The position numbers and the translations under genes are program-made. DNA of 48,140 nucleotides, the filler included, from Jimgerdemannia flammicorona (lineage: Eukaryota), in NCBI GenBank assembly GCA_003990765.1. It is 2 parts of 2 records of this genome, joined end to end, with 100 filler letters (N's around TTAATTAATTAA, not from the genome) between each part and the next. Parts side by side here need not be neighbours in the genome. Positions count along the whole stretch, not along the records: positions 24,121 to 48,140 come from RBNJ01001031.1; 1 more part is not named here. The stretch is one strand, 5' to 3'. Within the stretch, counting starts at the first letter, position 1. Each line of letters opens with the position of its first letter. This document shows, piece by piece, positions 36,401 to 46,842 of this stretch. The notes under the pieces were generated by a model. The model was not told the DNA's origin. It ran no database searches and saw nothing but the letters and a program-made list of their open reading frames with translations.

Positions 36401-39300
36401 GATAGATAAGGATGAAAGAGGCTGCTAGGGTCTACAGGAGAGAGGCTGGCAAGATGGCCAGAAGACAGAGGAAGAAGAGGGTGATGTGGGCTTCTGCTAG
36501 ATTGACTAGACTTCTGGAAGGCTGGGGCAGATCTGTTGGCCATGGAGGGGGTCAAGGACTGGTAATTGATATAGGTAAAATTAGAGGTTGGGGAGTTATA
36601 ACAGGTGTTGTGAGAGGAGGAGGAGGTACAGGTATAGAGTTTAGCAGCTCACTTATGTTGGCAGAGACTGGAGGAAGGGGAGAGACCTTCTAAGTATCTC
36701 ACAAGAGTTCTCTAGGTGAGGAGAATAAAGCAGAGATAGGAGGGGGTACTTGATTCTGATGGCCTACTGGTGCATGGAATACAGGACATTCTTGGATCAT
36801 TAAAGGAGAGGTGGAGCAGTCTGTAGAGTGAGAAGGAGGGTGGGGCTAATGCTACCACCATTGACCATACTTTGGAGGATTGGCATCCACCACAAGTAGA
36901 AGGATTGGACAGATTGGTAGTACCTGTACAGGAGGAGGATATTCTTCAGGTTCTTGCCATAACTATACCAGGCATAGCACTAGGGGAGGATGGTCTGCCC
37001 TGAGACTTCTGGAAGAAGATGGTGGGAGTCTCTGAAATACTAGGAGAGCTGAGAGTACTCTACAACTTAATACTACAGTCAGGGAGATGGGTGGGTGAGT
37101 AGGATCTGGGGCTGGTAGCATTGCTTTATAAGAATAAGGGCAGAAAGGAGGACTGAAAGAACTGGTGGCCAATCATACTTCTGGATACATATAAATAGAA
37201 AGTTGGTTACTAAGGTAGTAGTAGCAAGATTACAGAAGATGGCTCAGCAAATCTTGAGTAAAGAGTAGTAGAGCTTTGTAGGAGGCTGACTTATCTAAAA
37301 TAGTACAGCCTAGATACATGAAGTCATTGAAGAGACATAAGCCTGTAAACTGAATGGACATTTGGTTTTCTTGAATCAGAAGAAGACATATGACTGTATT
37401 TGGTGGGTCTGGTTGGAGAAGGTTTTGGATAGGATTGACATCCTATACCAGTTTCAGATAGTGATGATCAGTCTACTGGAGGAGAGCATAGCTGCTCTCA
37501 TATGCAATAGATATTACAGGGTAGTATTCTCTCTAGGTAGAGGTGTTCTCCAGGAGGACCCACTGTCTCCCATTCTGTTTACTCTCTCTTTAGAGTCTCT
37601 GATGGATAGGATCAGACAGAGGATAGTCAGGCTTTCAATATTTGGGATTGGGTGGAAAGTTGGTACCTTTGCAGATAATATGGTAGTTGGCCTGGATTTA
37701 ATTGCTGATGTAGAGAAACTCAAGAAGATGATAGAGTGGTATGATGAGATACACTCTGGGGCTCAACTCAATTGGTATAAGTGTGAAATAATAGTGTTGA
37801 GCAATAGCTTAGTGGAAGGCAATGTCATTGAAACAATTGTCCCTACTGGAGAGACAGTATGATACTTAGGCATCTATCTGTTAGTATATGGGTCAGTCTT
37901 ACTAAGATATTAGTAGAAACAGAGGGTTGTAATCTGGAGAGAGACTCTGTAGAGTTGGGGAGGATGACACTTGTCTCTGACAGGGTGTGTTTCAATTTTG
38001 AATATCTATTGACTGCTGAAATTGTAGTATTTGGCTTATCACCTAGACTTCCCCACCTGAGTGGTTAAGAGGCTATTGAAACTGACCAAGGGATAGATCT
38101 GGGCTAGGAGAAGGAGTCAGATTAGCTGGGAAATTCTGTCTCTACTAGTGATGAGAGGGGGCCTTGGGCTGATTGACTTTCTGAAGAGGTTGTACTGTCT
38201 GTAAGCATGGTGGTTGAAGAGAGCTATAGAACTGAGAGGGGGTAGATAAGTGCCCCTAATGATGAAGATCTAGGAGATGAGGTTCTTATCAAAAGACTCT
38301 ATCAGAGATCTACTATCCTTGGTTGAGCTTCAGAACAATGAGCACATGTAGTATAAAGGCTTCTGGTAGAGAGTAGCAGATGGGGCACACCACATTGAAA
38401 TTCATTGAAGGAGAAATAAAGGGGAGCTGCCTTGGGACCCAGTGATGTAGAGATGAGACTAGATATTGCTAGAGGGCATTCTCCTGATTTATTTTGATAT
38501 TAAAGATGGGGTCAAGTGTCAGAGAGGGTTAGGACAGGATTTGTGACCCAGTGGATGGCAGTTGGTGGGTATTAGTAAGGAGTGAGACTGGAATGGGGTC
38601 TGGGCCTGAAGTGCTGAGATAAAGCAGTGGCTGCCACTGAGATACTGAGTGGTCTGGTAGTACATACTACAAAGAAATATCATGCTTAACTTTTGCTTGG
38701 GCCATCTTGTAGAAGAGAGAAGCTTTGACTGTGAGGAGTGCTATAATGTAGGACAGAAAGGGGGATTTATGTAGACACCAGAACATTGGCTGGGAGAGTG
38801 CAAGGTACTTAGTGAATTTTGACTAGTAATTGAAGATAGATTGGACATTATATATAAGGGGGATGGTGAGAGGGGTTGGTGGGAGGATTTTTGAGATAGA
38901 TTGGTGGGAGGAGTGGGGAAGAAGTGGCTGACTATAAGTTGGATATTAGTAGTTTGGGTGGGATTGATGGGTCATTAGTTATTTGTTTTTAAGGAAAGAA
39001 GATACCTGGGGGTGGAGGTGTAGCTGTTGAGATGAGAAGAGTTGATGGGGGACATCCTGACAGGCTGGTGGTTAGGTTGGGGGTCTGTAGGGTATTTGGC
39101 AGCATTGATTGATAGAGAAAATCTGTAGGTAGAGTGAGAGAAGGTTAGGGTAGTAGGTGGTAAGATAGTTTTCAAATATGATAGTATTGAGAGAGGTGTC
39201 CCAATGGGGATTGGGTAGGGTGAGGGGGTACTGTAATTATATCAATAGACTGGTAATAAATGATAAAGTCTAAGTGACTATAAAAAAAAAAAAAAAAAAA
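33421..39300 (+). mobile_element. Family A LINE copy A2, full length, very heavily C>T/G>A mutated, inserted in the hAT transposase
   Basis: Starts CACATCTTTCTCCA like A1. ORF1 remnant LLKKSISEF..KFLKRLDGVEVGFE; ORF2 ATG at 35554 (MNSTTN); GGDFN, QEDPLSP, TFADN. Ends GTGACTAT-poly(A). Possible short TSD ATTCAAAT (33410-33417 / 39300-39307). Confidence 0.92.
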
Positions 39301-40509
39301 TTCAAATATATAGTAAAGATAGGAGAGTCAGATACTATTTACTAGACAATAACGGTAGCTATTGACAAGTTGAAGATATACTATTCAATGACAGATAGTC
39401 TTTATTATATTGGTACTAGTAAGTAATTTTGGTACTAAAGATAGCATACATATATCTATTTTGAAATTTGAAATTTGTTTAATTAGTTGATTACTATAAA
39501 TCTATTTTGAAATTAATTTTTTTTTTTTTTTGGGAATGAAACCAGTTCTCAATTGTAGGATTAAACTAGAATATTATTCATCCTATGATTGAGAAGACAT
39601 TTGGATTGAAGAGGCTAAAAACACACTTTGCACAATCTATAACAAAAACTATACCCCTCTATCTGGATTAGTTTATTATACATACAAATTCTGAAATAGA
39701 TGATGCTGATACTGTAATTGAAGTAGATGACATCAATGCTGAACTAAATCAATATATATTTTTCAAAAAAAGACAAAAACTGATAACAAATCCTGAGCAA
39801 GAAGTAGATACATATTTAAAAAGTGAAATTGTTAAATTTTAATCAAGAGTTGATATATTATCTTGATAGTAAGTAAGTTGGTTTTTCATTTTTGAATTTG
39901 GTCTATTTCAAAACACTGAGTTTTTCTAATTGATTAATTTATTGAAAACATTAGAGCTATAGTAGAGATTTTCAAAATCTAGTAAAAATAGTATATAACT
40001 ATTTAGCTATCCCAGTAATAAGTGCACTAATTAAGTAGATTTTTAAGTGGTACAGATCTTGTAATGTCCAAAAGAGATGCTTTAGATTCTGAAACAATTT
40101 GTGAATATATGTATTTAAAGGTATAGTAATCAGTCTAGTATTTCAATAATAATAGCCAATCCCAAATATTGAAATATAGTTAAATTTTGAAATACCAAAT
40201 AAATATAGTACTCAGGTATCATATTATACAAGCATGACTCAGAACTTATAGATACACTATATCTGAATATAATTTTTAAATATATACCTAATTGTTATAT
40301 TCAAATATAATTTCTATTATTTCTAGCTCTAATAAGATAAGCAAGATATCATTGTATCTACCTGGGAGTACTAAGGATAGATGACAAGTAGCATAAATGG
40401 TATAATATATAGAATTTCAAATACATATATTCAAAGCTTAAGAATATATATTATATCTACTTAGTTGTTATATCTGAAATACTTATATTTACAAGCTCAC
40501 TAGCCCACA

Positions 40510-40710
40510 GCCTGTAAGCAACAAGTATAAGCTGAGAGCTTTGAATATTGTAACAAATATAGGCCCACAATTCTATAAGCAATAAGCATAAGCCAAGAGC
40601 TTTAAATATTATAATAAGCATAAGTCAAGAGCTTTAAATATTGTAATAAGTATAAGTTTCTCAATCTCATAAGTAATAAGTATAAGCTGAGAGCTTCAAA
40701 TATTATATAG
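40510..40710. repeat. Decayed tandem repeat (AAGYATAAGYYRAGAGCTTYRAATATTRTAA-like units, ~4 copies)
   Basis: GAGAGCTT/AGAGCTTT...AATATT recurs at ~40533, 40594, 40628 and 40688. Confidence 0.65.
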
Positions 40711-40768
40711 ATAAAATATATATAAATAAGCTAGCTTTAATAATAAAAAACAAAACAAAAAACAAAAA

Positions 40769-41400
40769 ATGACCTCATCTTATAAAAAACTTCAATTCTA
40801 TATTAATTATCTTTTTAGAGCCTTTAAGGATATGAACTATACTATCAACAAGATTATTATCTAGTTGGATGATAAGAAACCTAAGACTGATGATAAATAT
40901 AAAGAAGATTGAAGAAGCAATCAAACAATTCATCTCAAAGATAGCTTCTGAAGCCACTCCTCAGACTGCCCCTAAGGTCTCCACTCCTGAGGCCCCTGAA
41001 GCCTCCACTCCTGAGACCCCTGAAACTGCCACTGCTGCCACCCAAACCACTACTCAAGTCTAAGCCACCACCTAAACTCAAGCTACCACCCTAGTTCAAG
41101 CCACTGCTATCCAAGCTCAAGCCACCACCACTATCTAAGCTATTACCCAAACTACTACCCAAACTACCACCCAAGCCCAAGCCACTAAGCCCAAGCTACT
41201 GTCCAAGCCCAAGTCACTACCCCTACTCAAGCTACTACTACTATGTCTCTAAAAACTAAAAGTCAATCTCATATAAGCTGTAATAATTGTAGAAGATATA
41301 GAAAACTATATTGTATCCTTGTCAAAATCTGTCAACAACTTAATCTATTAATCTCTAATATTTCACTAAGAAAGAGATCATATAATAATACTTACTGAAC
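40769..41400 (+). pseudogene. Decayed ORF: short helical region, P/E/A/T/Q low-complexity linker, then a Cys cluster (SCNNCRR..)
   Basis: KKIEEAIKQFISKIASEATPQTAPKVSTPEAPEAS..., TQATT repeats with CAA>TAA stops, then SHISCNNCRRYRKL at ~41270-41310. Confidence 0.5.
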
Positions 41401-41559
41401 AGCTACTACTATGGCCAGATATGGCTGAGACCAAGATCAAGGGTGAGAATTTTGAAAATATATATCAGTTATATATAAATTTTGGTTATATGTTTATATA
41501 TAATACACCTTTCAAATAAAGAACTGATATAATTAGTAAGCTACTGAAAATCTCAAATT

Positions 41560-41678
41560 GATGTTCAATTTTGATTCAACTAATTTGAATTTAAATACAA
41601 AAATCCCCAATTTGAGTCAATTTGAATCAACTCTAATTCAATTTGATTTAAATTGATTTAATTTATTTAGGAGCATTA
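41560..41678 (-). repeat. Putative right terminus/subterminal array of a hAT element
   Basis: Reverse complement TAATGCTCCTAAATAAATTAAATCAA...AATTAGAGTTG resembles 24253 onward. Confidence 0.55.
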
Positions 41679-42482
41679 GATATAGATAACTGTTTTTTTG
41701 ATAGAGTCAGAATAGGAGGAGAGATAGCCATTACAGATAGAAGAAAGAGTAATTATAGTTAACCAGTGGAGTGTCAGACTGAGAGCAGTCATCAGAGCTA
41801 AAGTAGGTACTATATCAGTAGGGTCTTCTGATTGATATAAGGTAGTTAGATGATAGGTATTACTCTTGACTACTTTTGGTAATATATAGAGTTAAGCTCT
41901 GATTATTGAGGGTAGTTAGAGAGCTCAAGGCTATCTAGATCAGATGTCTTAGCTATATTTAACTAGAACTAGAAGCTGATATAGTAATATAATCAAGGCC
42001 TACAGCTTGAGTAATAGAGTATTGAGGGTCTTTTCTCACTTATATATAAGTTCTCTACTTACTTTATCAGGAGGAACTAGGTCTTACTTACTGTTCTGTA
42101 CTTTGATGGAGGGTTTTTCTTTATCTATCACTCTACTTAGAGTAGTAGAGACTATATAAATTGACTCAAGTATGACCCTATATATATATTGGAATTTCAG
42201 ATACATATATATTTTCAGTTATAGATATATGATTGCTTACTTCTTGATAATAAAAAGAGTATGATATATAGAATGAGATATAGGTAATTATAAGCCCTAC
42301 TATGTCTAATATAGTTAAGCTACTAGACAATAGCTAGCTTAGATTTAATAGAAGTATAGTGCTCAGAGGGTAGTGGGGGGGGGGAGTTTGATCTATATAA
42401 TCTAGATTCTCTTCTAATAAAATTCTATAGAACTTTAAGTTTATAAAATAAAAAAAAATAAAATAAAATAAAATAAAAAAAT
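41679..42482 (+). mobile_element. Family C copy C2, lacking its 5' ~400 nt, heavily mutated
   Basis: Colinear with 25420-25601 + 31443-32019; ends TCTATATAATCTAGATTCTCTTCTAATAAAA followed by a decayed A tail. Confidence 0.85.
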
Positions 42483-43294
42483 TCTTTAAGTTTTATATAG
42501 ATATATCTATTATATATTTTATATTTTAGAGTTTATTAAAACTATACTGAGTTTTAAGAGTACTTTGAGATAATTACTAAACAAAAAGAAGAATATAACT
42601 AAAGAAGAATAGATTATCAGATATTAGATATCTTATATCTAAATTACTATTACCAAGTAGGTTTATAAACTATTTAAGAATAATAAGCAAGCTCTAGCTT
42701 ATTTCTGAGAAGTAGTCTTAGGGGATTTTTGGCAGATAAAGAGATATTATTAAAAGAATATAATTAAATAGATTATATAATATAAGAATTTACTATTGAT
42801 CAAAGCTTAGAAGTTTGAATAAGATAATTTAGAGATAAAATTACTTATTCAGAAGAAAGTTGTAATAGTTAATTCAAATTAAAAAGTATAATTAGAGAAT
42901 TATAATATATATCTAAATTTGATTTTGATATATTATAATATTATAGTTAGCAGTCACTTGATCTTATTGTTGTATAATTTGTATAATTTATATAATTATA
43001 TAAAAGTATAACTATACAAAACTTATAATTATACAGATTGTACAAATGTATAATTTGTATAGATATATAGATCTTATAACTATATAAAATAACTTATAGA
43101 AAAAGAAGTTTTAACTTAGCTACTATATAACTAGTAAACATATATAAATATTTCTAATATTTAGAGTAAATAAACTTTATATCAAAATAGTTCAAGCAAA
43201 GAGATAAGAAAATAGTAAGCCTGTAGACAGATATATATACTTCAAACTCATCTACTTTTATATCTAAGGACTTTAAGAAGTTAAAGAAGATTAC

Positions 43295-44761
43295 CTCCTT
43301 TCTCTGCTATCTTACTGATCATAAGGTTTGATAGATAATCTTCCAAGTCTCCTTTCCTCTATTATTATTCCCTCTACCTCAGATTGGTTTGCTATATCTG
43401 CAGAGGCATAGTGGGAGGAGAGCAATAGTAATGAGTTGCTCTTTTATCAGTGTCTAATCAGTCTTCTCTACTTTTTTATGAATTCTGATATCTTCAGCTA
43501 TATCTGAGATATATCTGTTTTGGTATAGTATCTTCTTTCTTTTGCTATTACTAATAAGGTATTGTCTCAGTATATCATAGATTATATAGAGAGTTGGCTG
43601 ATCTTGGACATCAAGTGCTCAGTATAGATTATCTGCAGGTTCTCAGTATTTATAGTGGAGTCCTCTGGCTTTGGTAAACTTTCTAGCAAGTACAGTTCTG
43701 ACATAGATGACTGTTTTTCAGATATTGTTAGGATGAAAGAGGAGATGGTCATCACAGATAGGAGGAAGGGCAATTATAGTGAATCAGTAGGGTGCCAGGC
43801 TAGGAGTAGTCATCAGGGCTAGGATAGGTAGTGCTTCAGTGGGGTCTTTTGATTAATATAGAGTAGTTAAGTGATAGATATCACTCTTGGCTTCTTTTGA
43901 TGATATGTGGAATTAGGCCCCAGTCATTAGAGAGGATCAAAAGACTCAAGGCTATCCATTTTAGGCATCTTGGCTATACTCAACTGGAACTAGGAGCTGA
44001 TACAATAATGTGATCAAGATCTGCAAGCTTGAGTAGTAGAGTATTGGAGATCTCCTTCCACCTCATATATAAGTTTTCTACTCATCTCATCTAAGAGAAC
44101 TAGGTCCTATCTACTGTGATATACTTTGATGAGAGTTTTTTCTTTGCCTGTTATTCTCCTCGGGGTGACAAGGGCTATTCTATTTAGCTTAAGTATAGTC
44201 ATATATATATTGGGGTCTTGGGTGTATACTTTCAGTCATTGGCATATGGCTGAGTTCTCTCTGATAGTAAAGAGAGTATAGTATATCCCTTTGACTATAG
44301 ATAAGATTGTCTTTTAAAATCATTTAGCAGACAAATTAAAGTTTGAAAAAAATGATTTTTTGAAACATTGTTTTTCTGTTAAAAATATATCTCAATTTGT
44401 TTAAAAAATATATTTTTTTTTTTTTGTAAAATTTTTATCAAAAGTAGAATTATTATATAAAAAATTATTGGTAAATTTTTTTTTAAAAGCTATTATGATT
44501 TTAAAAGTTATAAACTTTTAAAATCTTGCCTCTAAATATAGGTGCAAAACAGTCAAAGAGATAGAATGAGATATAGACTACTATAGGTCCTACTGTGTCT
44601 GATATAGTTGAGCTACTGAATAATAACTAACCTAGATTAATAGAGAGACAGTACTTAATAGATAGTAGAGGAGGGTTTTGATCTATATAGTCTAGGTTTT
44701 CTTCCAATAAAAATCTATAAGACTCTGAGTCCATAAAAAAAAAAAAAAAAAAAAAAAAAAA
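43295..44761 (+). mobile_element. Family C copy C3, full length, carrying a MITE-like insert
   Basis: Starts CTTTCTCTGCTATCTTACTGATCA like C1 (CTTTCTCTACTACCTTACTGGTCA) and is colinear through to the poly(A) at ~44735-44761. Confidence 0.88.
44287..44560. mobile_element. MITE-like DNA element (274 bp) with short TIRs and an apparent 2-bp AT duplication
   Basis: Left end CCCTTTGACTAT; right end ACAGTCAAAGAG (rc CTCTTTGACTGT). Absent from C1 and C2 at this site; AT-rich interior. Confidence 0.75.
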
Positions 44762-45191
44762 GTCAAAGATTAAGTATTTAAGATAAAGAAATCTATTATA
44801 CTTTTACTATTAAATATCTATTATATTATATTACATATAGTATATTTAGTCTATTTGATTATTTGCTTCTCTGCTATTATTTGAGTCTTTTTTTTGCTTT
44901 GGTATTTTATAAAAATATTTTTGTTGGACACTGGAATATAGGGTGGTGAGACAGAACACTGGAATGAGCAGTAAGACAGAGTGAAGGGATGAGGCAGAGA
45001 GACAGAGTAAAAGATAAAGCAGAGTATAAGTAAAGAGACAAAAATGAGGTAACCAGTACTGAACACCCTCTCCCCCCCCCTCGGAATGGGTAGGATGTGA
45101 GGCGGTAATAATTTTTATAATTACAAATTTTTGATATTTATATTTAAATCTAATATGCTAACGGAATTTTGAACTACATCCCATGCATTAC

Positions 45192-45199
45192 CACGTGAC
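45192..45199 (-). promoter_or_regulatory. GTCACGTG E-box (Cbf1/bHLH-type) upstream of CNS1
   Basis: CACGTGAC lies ~60 nt before the ATG and is followed by a T-tract; motif match only. Confidence 0.35.
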
Positions 45200-45258
45200 C
45201 TCACTTTTTTTTTGAACAAGGCCTTCGCCGTCTTCGTACGCTTACACCCAAAACACCC

Positions 45259-46568
45259 ATGGCCACTCCGCTAGGACCCGAGTACTTTCGCCCAGACTGG
45301 GCCTTCAGCCGAGACAACTTCCTCAAGGAGATGGACACCATCCCACTCTTCATGACCAAAATGCCTGACGACGCCGAGGAAAATCCCATGCTGGCCGCAC
45401 TGCAATCGCTGGCGTATGACGGGACGCCTGAGGGTGCGTTTGATTTTTGTTTTCTCTTTGGCATGTGTTTACAGAATATTTGTAAATGTGGACTGGACGC
45501 TAACCAATCGAACCGAACCCGACAACCACAGAGGTCGCGGAGAACTTCAAGAACCAGGGCAATGACGCCTTCAAGTCTAGCAAATCTGGGTACGCAGACG
45601 CCGTGCGGTTCTACACGCAGGCCCTCGCCACGGACTGCAAGGACTCCAAAATTATGGAAGCCTGCCACGCGAACCGTGCCGCTGTCAACCTCGAGCTCCG
45701 TATGTCGCGCTAAAATCTCAGTCCTAACTCGATTCTTCCACCCTTCTTCCTTCTAACCGCTCGCTTACTTTTTAGAAAACTACGGCATGGTCCTGAAGGA
45801 TTGCGCAAAGGCACTCGGATACAACCCGCGCAATATCAAGGTCCTGTATCGCTCGGCGCGGGCGTTGTATGCGCTCGACCGGGTGGACGAGGCGATTGAT
45901 TGCTGCGATCATGCGTTGGCGGTCGAGCCAGAGAACGTGGCGGTTAAGGCGCAGAGGGAGAGGTGTGTGGAGGGGAAGAGGATATTGGAGGAGAAGAGAA
46001 GGGTCGCGGAAGAGAGGGAGAGGAGGGAGAGCGAGAGGAAAGAAGCGTTGGCGAAAGCTATTGAGGTAAGTTTCTGCCTGGCATGTGTATGTGTCTTCCG
46101 CCAAACCAGTTCCTCACCTCCCTACCGTGTCCGAAATCTCCACACCAGTCCCGCGGCATCAAAATCGAGACCCCTGACGCTACCGCCCTGTCTACAGCCA
46201 ACATCGTTCTAGACCCTTCCACTGACACGTTAACATGGCCAGTCTTCTTTCTGTACCCGGAGTACAAAGAGAGTGACCACATCCAAGCCTTTGACGAGAC
46301 ACACACCTTCCAGGACCACTTGGACGTGATCTTCGAGCACCCGGCGCCCTGGGATCAACGTGAGAACTACACAGCCAGGGGGGTCGAGGTCTACTTCGAA
46401 CACAACGCTGGTCTGCACCCAGGGTTGGTCAAAGTGGGGAAGAAGCTGCCGCTCGGGGAGGTGCTTAAACATCCCAAATATGTTGTGCAAAATGGGATAC
46501 CGAGTTTTATTGTGTTACCCAGAGAGGGGCCGTTTAAAGAGGAATTTTTGGCGAGGTACAAGAAGTGA
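45259..46568 (+). CDS. CNS1: Hsp70/Hsp90 co-chaperone Cns1/TTC4 (TPR + wheel domain); exons 45259-45433, 45532-45699, 45776-46065, 46149-46568
   Basis: GT..AG introns join in frame: PLFMT..LAALQSLAYDGTPEEVAENFKNQGNDAFK..ANRAAVNLELQNYG..KVLYRSARA..LTWPVFFLYPEYKESD..APWD. These are hallmark Cns1/TTC4 motifs. Confidence 0.93.
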
Positions 46569-46842
46569 GGAGGAAGTTACATAATATGGGAAGAATGGAT
46601 CATAGATTGTATAGAGAGTATCCACAAGGTTTCCGAAGGCACGGTTGTGCGGGGTTGTGTTTGGAAAAAATTGATTGCAATTACAGAAAAGATCATGCCA
46701 CCCCACCAAAATTATTTTCTTGAAAGGCGATTTACATTGCTCGCAACACCCGACAATCTCAATCCCGTCTATGTCAACCCTTACCCCAGTCCGTCATATA
46801 TAACAAACAGTAATGTTTCATCCTATCCTCACCTCCTGCCAC

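Larger units (their letters stand above)
24690..40127 (+). pseudogene. hAT-superfamily transposase relic with introns, split into ~24690-25009, 32059-33420 and 39301-40127
   Basis: Decayed motifs appear in the expected order: BED finger YNYYK..SSTINL*VH (24743-24805; TGT>TAT); WII.NSQPFTVIEN..IPSTRTI across the C1 insertion; SHLGENL (~32437); LAITIDNISNN (~32780); IHYLIYIINL (=RCxAHxxNL, ~32880); KIQSSPQ; LDIKTQ*NLTY (=DVxTRWNSTY, ~33075); DKLKIYY; EVDTYL..DILS**; YLAIPVISA (dimerisation domain, ~40000). Confidence 0.88.

Noticed and set aside
42490..43290. AT-rich stretch with a possible relic ORF and TTGTATAA-like repeats
   Set aside because: Too degraded to assign by eye.
43278..43294. 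TSD for C3 (AGTTAAAGAAGATTA vs AGTCAAAGATTA at 44761)
   Set aside because: Needs a 3-nt gap in AT-rich sequence; plausible but not supportable.
45201..46490. Minus-strand ORFs overlapping CNS1
   Set aside because: Antisense shadows of the spliced CNS1 gene.
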